A stretch of 64,000 bases of DNA from Polyangiaceae bacterium (GCA_965222375.1 CBDCTZ010000014.1:576001-640000), one strand, 5' to 3'. Shown: positions 37,825 to 49,100, counted from the first letter of the stretch. The notes: generated by a model not told the origin, from the letters alone. A program made the numbers and translations.

Positions 37825-39411
37825 ATGAGCGACGAGCGCCCAAGCTTCCGCCGGCAGTGGCTGGTGCCAGTCGTCCTGCTGACGTCCACCGCTCTGGCGG
37901 TGTTCTGGGCGTTCTACGCTTTCGACTACTTCCGCGCCGGTGGTGTCGGCTTCAATCCGCTGAAGCGCTATCTGAGCTTCGACCCGGGGAGCATCACCGA
38001 CGCAGTCAGCTCCCTGGCGGGAATGATCGCGGCTGTCTTCGGCATCGTCATCACCGTCGTCAGCATCATCGTGCAGCTGTCTGCGGAACGCTACACCGGC
38101 GTCGCCGCCATGTTCTTGAGGGACCGCATCAATCTCTCGGTCATGGCGTTCTACGTCGTGGCGTGCGTATGCGGCGTTTGGCTGAGCGTCTCTCTGCAAT
38201 CAGACTACGTGCCACGCACCGCACTGCTGATGATGATGCTTGCCACCACCGCAGGGCTCGTGCTGATGGCGCCCTATTTTGGCTACGTGTTCTGGTTTCT
38301 CGAGCCCAACAACATCATATCGCGCATCCGCCAAGACGCCGTGCGGGTGGCGTCTGAGGGCGCGGAGGTCAACGAACCTCCAGTCTGCGCCAAAGCCCAA
38401 GCGGACACCCTCTCTTCCATGGAAGAGCTGACGGACATCACCAGCAACTCCATATCTGGCAAAGACAAGATCATCGCCAGCGGCGCGGTAGACGCTCTGA
38501 AAGATTTCGCGGTGGCCTACATCCCCGTCAAGCCAAACGCCTCTGACGTGTGGTTCCAGATTGGGCCGGGCATTCGCCAAAACCCCGACTTCGTCGCGAT
38601 GGACCCCGAGAGCCTTCATGACCTGGAGCAGCGCCGCACCTGGGTCGAGTGGAAGGTCATGCGCCAATACTTGGGCATCTACAACGAGGCGCTGGGTAGC
38701 ATGCGGGATATCTGCTACCTCGTCGCCATCGACACCCGCTATGTGGGAGAGGCAGCGGGAGAGGCGAAAGACGAGGAGCTGATGCGCCTGGTCCTGCGCT
38801 TCATGAACTCCTACATGCGTGCCACCCTCAACGCCAAGGACGTCCGCACCGCGTACAACGTGCTCAATCAGTATCGGCTGCTGGTTGAAGCGTTCTTGAG
38901 GCAGAAGAACGCCTCGATGGCGTTGGAGGCCGTGGAGCACATGCTCTACTACGGGCACGTCAGTTTCGACATGAAGCTGACCTTCGTCACGGAGACCGTC
39001 GCCTACGACGTATCGGCGCTCTGCCAATACAGCCACGAGTTGGGCTTGGACGAAGAGCGGGAGATGCTCGAGAAGTTCCTGGAGTTGGACCGCCCACTTT
39101 CTGTGCGTAGCCAAGAGAAGGCACTGTTGGGGGTTCGAAAAGCGCAAGTCAAGCTTGCTGCCTACTACCTCACCCAGAAAGAAGAGAAGAAGGCGCGGCT
39201 GATTTCCGAGGACATGGCGTCGGAACCCAATGCGCGGCTGGTAGCCATCCGCGATCAGTTGGAGCGGGTTACCAGCAAGGACTTCTGGGAGATCATCGAT
39301 CGAGGACGCAACTTCGAGTACATGCCGCCTCGCCAGCGCAAGGAGATGACCACCTTCTTTTCTTGGCTGGAACTTCCGGATCCCGAATCCGGACCGCAAG
39401 GCGAGGGTTAG
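37825..39411 (+). CDS. DUF2254-like membrane protein
   Basis: Four N-terminal hydrophobic helices (…IVITVVSIIVQLSAERYT…) and a helical soluble C-terminus. Confidence 0.7.
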   Translation: MSDERPSFRRQWLVPVVLLTSTALAVFWAFYAFDYFRAGGVGFNPLKRYLSFDPGSITDAVSSLAGMIAAVFGIVITVVSIIVQLSAERYTGVAAMFLRDRINLSVMAFYVVACVCGVWLSVSLQSDYVPRTALLMMMLATTAGLVLMAPYFGYVFWFLEPNNIISRIRQDAVRVASEGAEVNEPPVCAKAQADTLSSMEELTDITSNSISGKDKIIASGAVDALKDFAVAYIPVKPNASDVWFQIGPGIRQNPDFVAMDPESLHDLEQRRTWVEWKVMRQYLGIYNEALGSMRDICYLVAIDTRYVGEAAGEAKDEELMRLVLRFMNSYMRATLNAKDVRTAYNVLNQYRLLVEAFLRQKNASMALEAVEHMLYYGHVSFDMKLTFVTETVAYDVSALCQYSHELGLDEEREMLEKFLELDRPLSVRSQEKALLGVRKAQVKLAAYYLTQKEEKKARLISEDMASEPNARLVAIRDQLERVTSKDFWEIIDRGRNFEYMPPRQRKEMTTFFSWLELPDPESGPQGEG

Positions 39412-40064
39412 AGCCCCAATATTCCCAAGTCGAACTCGACCAAATCCGAGATCACCAGGTCTGCCTCCGTGTAGCGCTCACTGTTCATGTGCGGATCCGG
39501 CATGGCAATCACATGCATGCCCGCGGCCTTCGCTGCAGCAACCCCAGCCAAGGAATCTTCGAATACGAGGCATCCGTTGGGCTCTGCACCGAGCTCCGAA
39601 GCGGCCACTAGAAAGATATCGGGTGCCGGCTTGAGGGCTCCCACCCGCGCATCATCTCCGCACACGATGGCATCAAACGCGGAAAACCAAGCATGCCGCG
39701 ACGTCTTGAGGTTGAATTGAGCTTTGCTGCTACTGGTCGCCAGGGCCAGCGGCTTGCCCCGCTGCGCCAAACTCTCGACCAGCTTGCGCGCTCCCGGCAT
39801 TTCCGGCGCGGTTTCGAACAGCGCCTCCAGCAACGGTTTGCGTCGAGCGAGATACTCTTCCGCAGTGAAGGGCAGGTCTAGCTTGGCCTTCAGGTAGCGC
39901 GCGCCCTCAATCGCGCTGCGACCGATCATGTCGCCTTTGATGCTCCAGTCGAAGGTATGGCCGTACTTTCCCACTACCGCCTGAGTGGCTTCTGTGTACA
40001 GGGGTTCCGTGTCCAGCAGCACGCCGTCTAGGTCGAATATGACGTGGCTGAACGCCCCCAGCAT
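39408..40064 (-). CDS. HAD-IA family phosphatase (HDHD1/GPP-like)
   Basis: IFDLDGVLLDTE, LATSS, KPAPDIFL, FEDS; 1-bp overlap with upstream stop. Confidence 0.92.
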   Translation of the reverse strand: MLGAFSHVIFDLDGVLLDTEPLYTEATQAVVGKYGHTFDWSIKGDMIGRSAIEGARYLKAKLDLPFTAEEYLARRKPLLEALFETAPEMPGARKLVESLAQRGKPLALATSSSKAQFNLKTSRHAWFSAFDAIVCGDDARVGALKPAPDIFLVAASELGAEPNGCLVFEDSLAGVAAAKAAGMHVIAMPDPHMNSERYTEADLVISDLVEFDLGILGL

Positions 40065-41236
40065 CAGAAGAAGTCCGGCATTGCAGGCGCCGGGCTTGCA
40101 AAGAGCCCTGAGGCGCGCTCCAGGCAATTCGTGTCGCCTCGCAGCTGGCCGGTCCGCTGTAGATGCTGCGGGGACATGAAGCCTGTGTACAAAGCAGCGA
40201 GTGCTCCAATATCCAAGCTCAAGCTCCCGTTGCCGCCACGCTCGACCTGCCCCCGACCCTGGCTCACGCTCAGCCGATAACGACCGGATTGTTCCGGAAT
40301 AGTGGCATCTTGAACGTCCAGATCGAGCTCGGCAGTCAGATGGCTCGGGTAGCCTCGCTCCGTCAATGCGGCCGCAACGTGGCAGATCCGGGTCATCCAA
40401 TGCTCTGTCAACTTCACGTTGTAGGTGCGTTCTGGCATCTGCCACAACACGGGGTCCATGGCAGAGCCATACCATCGCACATGGGTTGCCATGCTCGCGT
40501 GGCGCGCCACGAAACCAAGTAGCGCGTTGGCAGCTTCCGGGGTGGCGCAGCGCAAATCCGTCAACCTCAAGTCGTAGTGGTCGGTGGGGAGTCGCCGCTG
40601 GGTGATGAACACGTAGCCTGCGGGCGCGCCATCGAGCAACAGCAGCGTGCCACGCGCGGGGTTCTTTCGGGGTGCTCGAACCCGCTGCCAGATGTATTCG
40701 CCGCGATCGAGAAAGCCATGGCTCTCCTGCGCCAGCTTCGAGTACAGCTCGCTCACGGCGGCTTGGTCCGCGGACTCAAAGCTACGAAAAGTTCCGCCAC
40801 GGTCGCTGACTCCGATACGAGCCGCCTCTACTTCGACATCGTACAGGCTTCCCGCGAGCTCCCAGCCTGCCTTGCGATACAGGGCCAGAGTGGCCGGGTA
40901 TAGCGTCGAGAGCGCCACGCCGCGTTCATGAAGCTCGCGCGCCGTGTGCTGCATCAGAGACAGGGCGGCACCCGCTCCCCGTGCCTCCGGCGCAACCGCA
41001 ACCCCCGCAATGCCCACCATGCTGACGCGCCGCCCGCCGAAGTACTGCCCCATGGGTAGTGTCAACAAGCCACCAGCGATGTCGCTGCCGCGAGTGATTC
41101 CGCGGACGTTGGAGTGTCCTCCCTGTTCCAGCCAACGTGGCGCGTCCTCGGCCGGGAAACCGAACGCCCACGCGAGGATCTGGCACAGCTCATCCGTCTG
41201 GCCCGGGCCGAGCTGCTTCAGATAGGTCAGGGTCAT
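40064..41236 (-). CDS. Eis-like GNAT acetyltransferase (GNAT-GNAT-SCP2)
   Basis: GIAGVAVAPEARGAG, STLYPAT..LYRKAGWE, C-terminal LAALYTG...PAMPDFF. Confidence 0.9.
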   Translation of the reverse strand: MTLTYLKQLGPGQTDELCQILAWAFGFPAEDAPRWLEQGGHSNVRGITRGSDIAGGLLTLPMGQYFGGRRVSMVGIAGVAVAPEARGAGAALSLMQHTARELHERGVALSTLYPATLALYRKAGWELAGSLYDVEVEAARIGVSDRGGTFRSFESADQAAVSELYSKLAQESHGFLDRGEYIWQRVRAPRKNPARGTLLLLDGAPAGYVFITQRRLPTDHYDLRLTDLRCATPEAANALLGFVARHASMATHVRWYGSAMDPVLWQMPERTYNVKLTEHWMTRICHVAAALTERGYPSHLTAELDLDVQDATIPEQSGRYRLSVSQGRGQVERGGNGSLSLDIGALAALYTGFMSPQHLQRTGQLRGDTNCLERASGLFASPAPAMPDFF

Positions 41237-42177
41237 CGCTGGCGCGAAGGATGGCCGCCAAAGGCATGAAAGTAAATGGGGCGACCTGCCCCTTCACTGA
41301 TGGTGAAAAAGCCGCTTCCGTCGACAGCAAACGCGATCGCCTCTCCCTGGGGTTCGGACACCAGGTAGGGCTGACAAGGATCGGCTTGCATGGCGTCTGC
41401 AACCGACTGCCCAGCAGCGCGGGTCCACAGATAAGCCTGAGTATAGGTTCGCACCAGGATCCGACTTCCGTCCACCGAGATGTCGCCGCCGGTGGTGCGT
41501 TCGCTGCCTCGGCGATTCCAGGAGGGCGTGGCGATGGTGGCCACTTTCTCCAAGATGTTATCGTCAGCCAAAGGAACGGGCGAACGGTAGACTTCGCTCA
41601 TGCCGGTGGTCGTCTTCGTCACGAAGTACAGAGCCGAGTCCCGGTCGTCGAACAATAGGGTTTCGACGTCTCTTGGCGTTTCGTCGGCGTAGCGAACCAG
41701 CACGGCTCGCGCTCCGTCCAGGACTAGCTCCGAGGCATCGCCGCCTTGCGACGGATCCGGTTCAGGAACGACGTAGATGGTAGTTCTAGCGCGCTTGGAC
41801 AAGTTCGTGCCGGTGTCGGCGATGAAGAGGACGTCGGGACCACCGGGATGCTCGCGGCCCAAGGCAATGTCTTCCCAGTCTACGCAACGCGCGGACTTCA
41901 ACCGGTAGCGACGCACTAGCTTCCCGGATGCATGAATGGCAAACAACAACTCGGCATGTCCAGAGTCGTTGTGTGCCCACAGCACACCCTTGTGTTTGCG
42001 GCTTGGAACGATGCCGGAGATCTCGGACAGGGCAGGAGAGCGGAGGTTTCCTGTCGTGCTCAGGGACGTGACCGGCATGCAGCTCCCCCGGGCTGACGGA
42101 GCCGAGGCCGAGGGTGGCTGGCAGCTCGAAAGCAGTGCCACCACTCCAACGCCAAGGGCATACGCCTGATGCCGCAT
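41233..42177 (-). CDS. Beta-propeller lipoprotein of unknown function
   Basis: Lipobox LSSC; EISGI, WAHNDSG, DWEDIA, DVETL, QGEAIAF motifs. Confidence 0.75.
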   Translation of the reverse strand: MRHQAYALGVGVVALLSSCQPPSASAPSARGSCMPVTSLSTTGNLRSPALSEISGIVPSRKHKGVLWAHNDSGHAELLFAIHASGKLVRRYRLKSARCVDWEDIALGREHPGGPDVLFIADTGTNLSKRARTTIYVVPEPDPSQGGDASELVLDGARAVLVRYADETPRDVETLLFDDRDSALYFVTKTTTGMSEVYRSPVPLADDNILEKVATIATPSWNRRGSERTTGGDISVDGSRILVRTYTQAYLWTRAAGQSVADAMQADPCQPYLVSEPQGEAIAFAVDGSGFFTISEGAGRPIYFHAFGGHPSRQR

Positions 42178-42218
42178 GCCCTCAGCATGCCCCACCCGCT
42201 GGGGCTTTGCAGATACTT

Positions 42219-43553
42219 TTAGCGTTTGGCGACTGCGGCGCGCTTTGACGCCTTGCGAGCTTTGGCTGCACCCGCGACGACTTCCACGAAGCCTCTCCCG
42301 ATGACGCCGCCGCGATCGTCTCGGGCTTCGACTCGCACCACCCAAGGGCCCTGGCCTTTGGACTTGGGAATTACCGCTGTCATCGAACTACCCCGCTTGC
42401 GCCACTTGGTCGGGAGCGGGCGGCCATTGAGTGTGACTAGGGGTTCTGTCTTGGGCACAGCCGTGCCCTGCGCGACGTAGTCGATTCTTGCCCGAACCTG
42501 GTCCCTCGGCCACTGAGGTAGTGCTGGGGACAGGTGGACCCGGGCTGACACGCGCACGGGCAAGAGATCGAGCATCGCCTCCATCCTCCCACCTGCGGGG
42601 CGTAGACGCACGCGGGTGGGGGCGTTGCGGAATAGCCCCACGGATTGCGGCGCGGGCACGAAGTAGGAGGCGGTTCCGTAGGTCATCTCGGTTCCGCTCG
42701 TGAAGCTCAGGGCCGCTCGCTGCCCCGGACGCAACCAGATCTTCCCAGGACTGGTGCGGGCGCCCTTGGGTAGTGTGACACCTACCACCCGAATCGTGCC
42801 GGCGGGAGAAGCCGCGCTTGCCAGACCGTATTTGTCCACGGCTGCGACCTCGCTGCGGTACGTGCCTGGGCGCAACTTCTTCAGAACCTGAGGCCCGCGA
42901 CGCGCAGTGGTCTGAAACGCCAGCTCGGACGCCCCGCTCTTACCCAGCCGATGAAGCCGAACCTGGTAGGCCTGCGCGCCAGGAACCTCGGCCCACTTGA
43001 CGTGGCCGTCAGCGCCCTGACTAATCGCGACTAGTAGTGCGGTGTCGGAGTTTGGCGCGGGGGCACGCAAGATGCGTCGTACCTCGCCACTAGCGCCGTC
43101 GCCGACGGTCCGAGCTTTTCCAGCTGCGAGCGGCTTCCAGGCCATCCCAACGGCCACCAGGGCGTCTTGCGCGATTGCGGCGACGGTAGATGAACGTTCA
43201 CTGGCGACTACGCGAAAGTGACCCACTCTGGACACGATGGTGAGCCGCTTCGGCGCGCGGATCATCACCCCGCGACGCTCGCCGCCAGTCGAGAAGCGTA
43301 CGTCCACGGTTCCCCGGGTCAGCCGGAACACGTCGACCGGTATGGGACCGGCAGCCGGACCATCCAGCTCGAGCCGAAGGCCGCGTTCCCGCACCAGCGC
43401 GGACCCCGGCGAGAGAACCAACTTGGCCGGACCCCGCAATTGAACCGTCTTCTCCGCCTCCTCCGCTGTCAGTGGCCCCTTGGTCGTGGCGCCAGACAGG
43501 GACGCGGAAAGCAGGACGGCACACGCGAGAAATGAGCGATAGCGTTGCATCAC
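42219..43553 (-). CDS. Secreted hypothetical protein (FecR-like and FN3-like regions)
   Basis: Signal peptide; LTRGTVDV segment; WAEVPGAQAYQV...GTYRSEVAAVDKYGL. Confidence 0.6.
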   Translation of the reverse strand: MMQRYRSFLACAVLLSASLSGATTKGPLTAEEAEKTVQLRGPAKLVLSPGSALVRERGLRLELDGPAAGPIPVDVFRLTRGTVDVRFSTGGERRGVMIRAPKRLTIVSRVGHFRVVASERSSTVAAIAQDALVAVGMAWKPLAAGKARTVGDGASGEVRRILRAPAPNSDTALLVAISQGADGHVKWAEVPGAQAYQVRLHRLGKSGASELAFQTTARRGPQVLKKLRPGTYRSEVAAVDKYGLASAASPAGTIRVVGVTLPKGARTSPGKIWLRPGQRAALSFTSGTEMTYGTASYFVPAPQSVGLFRNAPTRVRLRPAGGRMEAMLDLLPVRVSARVHLSPALPQWPRDQVRARIDYVAQGTAVPKTEPLVTLNGRPLPTKWRKRGSSMTAVIPKSKGQGPWVVRVEARDDRGGVIGRGFVEVVAGAAKARKASKRAAVAKR

Positions 43554-43628
43554 TCATACGGAACGGACGGACAGCGTCCCCCTGAAGCGCTCTCACCTGG
43601 ATTCGGAGCGAAATGGTGCGCGGATGTC

Positions 43629-45146
43629 CTACTCCGCCGGAGGGTTTGATACCACTGGCTGCGCTTCTCCCCGCTGGCAAGGCCCTGGCTTCTGATACGG
43701 CGTACCGGTCAGGCGCTTGGCGGTCGTCGCGGAGCGCCACATCAAGTAGTTCTTCGTGAATTGCATCGCGTTGTCTGCAGAAACATAGGGGTTCTTTAGG
43801 CTGCCTAGGTGCACCAAGAACAGGACTTGCTCCGCCACGCTGACTGGGCAGCCTTCAAAGCGAATGTGGGCATCGCCCTTAGCATCTCGAATGCGTTTCA
43901 TGACCTTCGCCATCTTCACGTAGATGTCCTCGTGCTTGGCGTGGTGCGGATCCTTGGTGGAGCGGTCCTGGTACTTGCTTCGGATCTGAACGAGTTTTCC
44001 GTCGATCTCGCCTTTGAAGGTCGCGCAGTCGCCGATGAAGATCACCTTCTCGCCTGGTTTCGCGTCGATGGGCCCGTCGTAGGCGCCAAAGACGACGTGC
44101 ATACGCGGCATGCGCTCGTCGCACTCTTCGTCGTAGACGCGGAGAATCTCGATGGCCTCTTCGATCGCGCCGGGGCAACCGCCCCAACAGTAGTCCGTAT
44201 GCTCTTTGTCTGGAGGCGGTCCGGCGTATGCCGTGATCTTCGAGCCCTCGAAGTATTTCTCCACGCGGATCAGCCCGACCTTGAACCCTGCCGCTCGCGC
44301 TTTGGCCTCTTCGAAACTGACATCACCGCTGATGCTGATCTTGCTCAAGTCTGTCGGTCCGAAACCGCGATCTGCCGTCAGCTTGATATGCGGCACGGTT
44401 TCCGGATCCACCCCGATGATCCGAGCGCACACGGCGTCGAAGGCGACCTGATTGTTGCCCATGATGATCAGGTTCATGTCGCGCGGCACGGGTGTGAGCA
44501 TCCGCCCCTCGCCTGCCACGATTGCGTCGATTGCAATGAACTCGGGCTGAATGATGTATTGAAGATCTGCGATTTTCTCATCGAGGCGGTGGTCATGGTC
44601 GATCAGGCGATGTCGGTCGTCCTGGATCCCGATGTACGCTTTGATCGAGAACGTGACCGTTGTCCACGGGTGCGCTTTGAACTTCGGGCAGTTGACGAAG
44701 AAGTCGGCCTTTGCGACAGGGTCGGGGGTGAAGAGGTAGTCACGGAGCCGCCCTGAATGGCTCAGCGGGATTTCGACCTGCGGCTCCTCCTCGAATAGGT
44801 AGCGTTTTACGCCGCCGACCCGTTGCATCATCTCGTCGTAGCCGGAGGCATCGAAGGCCATGCGGCTCGGTACCGTGATACCGCACCGCTCGCCAACCGC
44901 GAGTTCTTTCATCGCGCCGTCGTCGCGATCTCGGAGTGCTGCCAGCACTCCCTCGGTGAACTCGGGCCGCGTGTACGCATGCTGAAACAGCGGGCCTGTC
45001 GCCACCAAGTTCGGCTTGAGCAGCGTGCGACCGCGTGGTCGAAGATCGAGTTCCTCCATCCCCTCTCGGACGATTTGGCGGATCCGCTCGGGATCGTAGC
45101 CGTCGCAGTGGCGGATGATGACCTTAGGGGTGTCAGTCGGGCGCAT
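43629..45146 (-). CDS. DUF362 domain protein
   Basis: LLKPNLV, NCPKFKAH..TFSIK, DAIVAGEG, VAFDAVC; Cys motifs CWGGC and GCP. Confidence 0.85.
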   Translation of the reverse strand: MRPTDTPKVIIRHCDGYDPERIRQIVREGMEELDLRPRGRTLLKPNLVATGPLFQHAYTRPEFTEGVLAALRDRDDGAMKELAVGERCGITVPSRMAFDASGYDEMMQRVGGVKRYLFEEEPQVEIPLSHSGRLRDYLFTPDPVAKADFFVNCPKFKAHPWTTVTFSIKAYIGIQDDRHRLIDHDHRLDEKIADLQYIIQPEFIAIDAIVAGEGRMLTPVPRDMNLIIMGNNQVAFDAVCARIIGVDPETVPHIKLTADRGFGPTDLSKISISGDVSFEEAKARAAGFKVGLIRVEKYFEGSKITAYAGPPPDKEHTDYCWGGCPGAIEEAIEILRVYDEECDERMPRMHVVFGAYDGPIDAKPGEKVIFIGDCATFKGEIDGKLVQIRSKYQDRSTKDPHHAKHEDIYVKMAKVMKRIRDAKGDAHIRFEGCPVSVAEQVLFLVHLGSLKNPYVSADNAMQFTKNYLMWRSATTAKRLTGTPYQKPGPCQRGEAQPVVSNPPAE

Positions 45147-45173
45147 GCGCTGACGGTAGCACAGGGAAGCGCG

Positions 45174-45201
45174 TTGACACCCTAGGGCGAGCCACTAGGC
45201 T
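45174..45201 (+). promoter_or_regulatory. Putative sigma-70-type promoter
   Basis: TTGACA-16 nt-TAGGCT ending 8 nt before GTG 45210. Confidence 0.4.
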
Positions 45202-45209
45202 AGCGCGCA

Positions 45210-46160
45210 GTGCTCCCCCTCGGACTCCGCACTTGCGTTGCCTGCTATCCACTCCTCGCCTGCCTGACCGCTTGCGAGAATACGGCGAAAGAGGCGCCCG
45301 CTACGCCGACGCCCGCCCCCGCTCAGAAAGCCGCACCACCTGCGGCTAGCCAGCCAAAGCCCCCGGCAAAGCCAGCGGTTCCAGCGCTCCCGGATGGCAA
45401 GCTTCTACCGTTTGAATACGAAAACCACGCCACCACCGCCAAGGCGGGTGAGTTCGTGCTGGCGCCCACGCAGAGCACGGTCGAGGAAGCGATTGAAGTG
45501 GGTGCTGAGCGCCAGGCGTTCATCTACTACGGCGGCGTTCTGGAATCCGCCGATGAGACGACGAGCGTGGTCAAGAGTAGTGCTGGGCGTCGCTCGCGTC
45601 TCGCAAACGCTTTGGTCTTGCCGATTGGACCAGCTTCCCAAGCCAAGGTCGGTGACATCGTGCTCACGGCTTGGGCGAGTGGCACTGGGCTTCAACGTGG
45701 CATCGTGGTCGAAGGTGGAACTCCAGAGGCGCCCAAGGTGCGCTACCTGGATATGACGCTGGACAATCCCAGCGGCTGGGGCCAGAAGGAAGACGCACTG
45801 CCAAAAGGCAGTTTTCGCGTGCTGACCAAGCCTGGACAGCTGGGGTCTACCCTCGCATGCCAGGACAAGAACCGGCACACGCGTCAAATCGTCGTTGGCC
45901 GCAGTGGCGGCAAGCTGCTCGGCTTGGGTTTTGCGGGCAAGCTCGCGGTTTTCGACGACAAGGCGTGCCAATCGGTCCCGATCCAGCCCAAGCTCAAAGT
46001 TGGCGACTCGGTCCGTGTGCCAGTACTCGCAGTCTTCACCGCCGCGAAGGTGTCCAAGCTAGACCCGAAGATCGGTCGGGTCTGGGCTAAATACGCGCAT
46101 GGCAGTGAGGAGCGCGAGCGAGCGTTCGGGTTTGCGAACGTCTGGCCTTCTAAAGACTGA
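45210..46160 (+). CDS. Hypothetical lipoprotein
   Basis: Lipobox LTAC, Pro/Ala linker, repeated KVGDxV segments suggestive of Tudor/SH3-like barrels. Confidence 0.7.
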   Translation: MLPLGLRTCVACYPLLACLTACENTAKEAPATPTPAPAQKAAPPAASQPKPPAKPAVPALPDGKLLPFEYENHATTAKAGEFVLAPTQSTVEEAIEVGAERQAFIYYGGVLESADETTSVVKSSAGRRSRLANALVLPIGPASQAKVGDIVLTAWASGTGLQRGIVVEGGTPEAPKVRYLDMTLDNPSGWGQKEDALPKGSFRVLTKPGQLGSTLACQDKNRHTRQIVVGRSGGKLLGLGFAGKLAVFDDKACQSVPIQPKLKVGDSVRVPVLAVFTAAKVSKLDPKIGRVWAKYAHGSEERERAFGFANVWPSKD

Positions 46161-49100
46161 GCAGCAGCTCGACTAGAACCCGCTGCTCTTCTGCGTCGGA
46201 GACGCTCCCCAGAGCGCGGTTGACCTCCGCGACGGCTGCAGAAGTGAGTACGGCCCGCACGCTGGCTTCGGTCAAGAAGTGGGGCAGAGTCTGCGTCAGG
46301 GCAGGGTGCGCCAGGTTGACGGTCAACTCTCCCCCGCGTGCGCGGTACTGGAACGCGGGGCCATCGCTGCTGCCGCTGGTCTTTTTCACTGGCGACCCGG
46401 TCAGGCCCAAGGCTGCCAAGTCTGTGCGCAGCTGCTGCAAGACGTCTGTGGGATCCACATCAGGCGTCTCGGCGATGGGTGCGGCGAGCCCCATATTCTG
46501 CACTTGGACGCCAAAACGGTCGGCCGGGTAAGTTGGCAGGCCGCCCAGTTCCTTCAAGCTCGCGGGCGATACTTGCGAAAGCACCTGCACCGCGGGGTGT
46601 TGGGCGTCGAGCACGAAGTCCGAGGCACCCTCTGGGAACTCGCCAAAGGAGGTGCCATCTCCGCGGGTGAACCAAATGGAATGGCGCTGCCCGAGAACCT
46701 CGATGATCTCATCCGCGGTGACGACTTGCCCCGACGCCGTGGTCAGCTCTGCAGCCAGCGGCGCGCCCAGTAGTGCTAGATGCCAGGTGTAGAGCTCAAC
46801 ATCTTCTGGTTCCCAGCTCGGCGCGTGCTCGTGAAACAAGTCGACGGCAACCGCTAGTGCCAAACTGGCGACAGCCTCCCGGGCATTCGGGCTGAGTGCG
46901 GGCATGCCCGTCAATTCGCCCACGGCGCGTAGTACTTGATCGACTTGGGGGTCGGGCAGATCGATCAACAGGTTTCCGCCGATCGGCAAGATCCCATTGA
47001 TGCCGACTCGATCCAGATACACGTCTCCATGCCGCGCCAAGAGATCGCCGCGCAGATGCGTGCGAATCTGATGCTGGCTCGAATACTTCGGTGTGAGCCA
47101 CAAGTAGCCGGTGACCATCGTGCCGCCATCCGCCGCCGGCCCACTCAGCCACGTGCGCGGAACCGCTTCGGGTACGGCAGCCTCGAGCTCCTTGCGCAAC
47201 GCTTGCATTCCGACCTCTGCCACTTGCGCAGCGATGTCGTCTTCCTGCGTCTTGGGCGATGGCGCCGTGAAGTCCAGGTTCGGACGCAGGCTGTCGTCAT
47301 TGACGACGGCGTACATAGGCCACGAAGCCGAGTCGGCGATCTGGCACAGAGGCCGCCGCTCAGTGTGAAGGTGGATGCCCCGTTCGGCTGCCGACTGGTT
47401 TGGATGACATATGCCGACCTCCCCATGCAGTGTGCCTAGCTCGATGCGCGTCGACACCAGGTGCTGGGCGCGGACGGCGGCCGGTATCTCGACGGCTTCG
47501 ATTTGAGGAGCTTGCTTGCGCAGGTCGGCGTTCCGGTAGCGAAGCAGCTGCTTGGTGGCATCCCGACCCTTGAGCCGTACCTTGAGGGCGGCGACTTCCT
47601 CTTCGCTCAGGTAGAGGATAGGTGTGCGATAGGCCCGCTCGGGGAACGGCGGGTCGAGGGAGGTGAATCGGAAAGTGTCCCCCATTTCCGACAAGCTGTA
47701 GTGCGCGCCCAGAATCGTTGGAAACACTGCCAGCTCCTCGGTCCCCTCGAGAAGCGGCGCACCCTGTGCGAGGCGTCGGCAAATCAACGTCCGAATTCGC
47801 ACTCGGACGAAGTCCGGGAGTTCGTCTAGCTGATCCCCGAGGGTGACCAAGCGTTTCGACACACAGTGCACGACTTCTCGCAGTAGCTCCTGCTTGCTCG
47901 CCGCCGTGTCGTCGGCGCGCTCCCAACGCAGAGTTGCGCGCATGGGAATCACGAGATCGCTCGAGATCTCGCGCGGCACGTCGTCCAACCCGGTGAGCGT
48001 CACACTGAACGCATCGTCATCGACGATCTCAATCTCGCCCACCGCCAGCTGGACCCCAATCTCCTCGAGTTTCATTCGCAGCAGCGGATGGCGCGCCAGT
48101 CCCTCGAGCCGTGGGGCGGCAACTTTGCCACCCGCGCGACGTCGGGCCGCCAGGGCGGCGGCGGCTTCGCTGACGTCGCGAGCGTGGTCGAACAGTATGT
48201 GCAAGATTTCGCGACGAATGGCGCCCGAGGCCGTAGTCGATGTTCGCAGCACGGGTCGGTCTAGATCCGAAGTGGCCTCGCCGCTTGGCCAAGGTGACAG
48301 GTCGAAGCGGCAATACCAGATGGAGCCATCGGCTCGTACCGCTTCCTTCAATCTGACGTCTGGACCCTGCAGGGTTGGCCACGGCATGGCCGCGGACAAC
48401 AAGTCGTCCCGGAATCCATTGTCGCCGCAGTCCAAGAGGGCGCTCAGCAACGCAAGGCAGCGGGCATCTTGCACCACGTTCAGTGCCGGATCTTCCGCGG
48501 CGAGAAGCGTTTGCGCCAGCTCGATGGCTACAGTCTTCACGCACGTTTTCAGTTCGAGGCTGTCGGGTTTGGAAAGCAGTGCGACCGCGACGGCAGATTT
48601 CAGATTCCGCACATCGATGCGCGCCGAAACAGGGAGGCCGGTCACGTTCCAGGCTAGCCGAGCAACGGGGCGGTTGTTCAGCGTGACCTCGATGCTTTCA
48701 GCGCCGCGGTAGAGTTGCTCCCTCGGCAAGGCGACCGTCGTCGTCACCGGCCACCCGCTGCTGTTGCCCTCCCGTGTGAGCGTGGGGCATTGGGGGCTCG
48801 AAAGTGGGCAAGGCTCATCCGCCGCCAGCTCCGGCTTGTCCATGTGGCGCGCCAAAGCGCGCCGTTGTTCGATCTTCGACCGCTCCTCGTCGAGGCGCTC
48901 CTCCGCCGGCGCGAGGCCGGGATACAGCGCCGACAACGCCTGGAGCATGTCGCGATCGGCCGCGAGCAGCGGACGGAATTCGCCAGTTTCGAAGCCCGGA
49001 GCCTGACGCAGCACGGGGACGGGGCCCGCGGGGTCGTGCACTCGCTCGAATTCCTTCGGACTGATGCGAGTAGGTGATCCATCAGGCCCGACCCAAGTCC
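46150..49100 (-). pseudogene. Large hypothetical protein lacking its own 5' end (out-of-frame junction with upstream ATPase gene)
   Basis: Protein-like sequence from ~WVGPDGSPTRISPKEF onward; the upstream part of this frame reads as shadow of the ATPase ORF; no clear start. Confidence 0.55.

Noticed and set aside
36763..39399. Minus-strand ORFs of 478 and 399 aa
   Set aside because: Opposite recognisable plus-strand coding; no protein-like motifs
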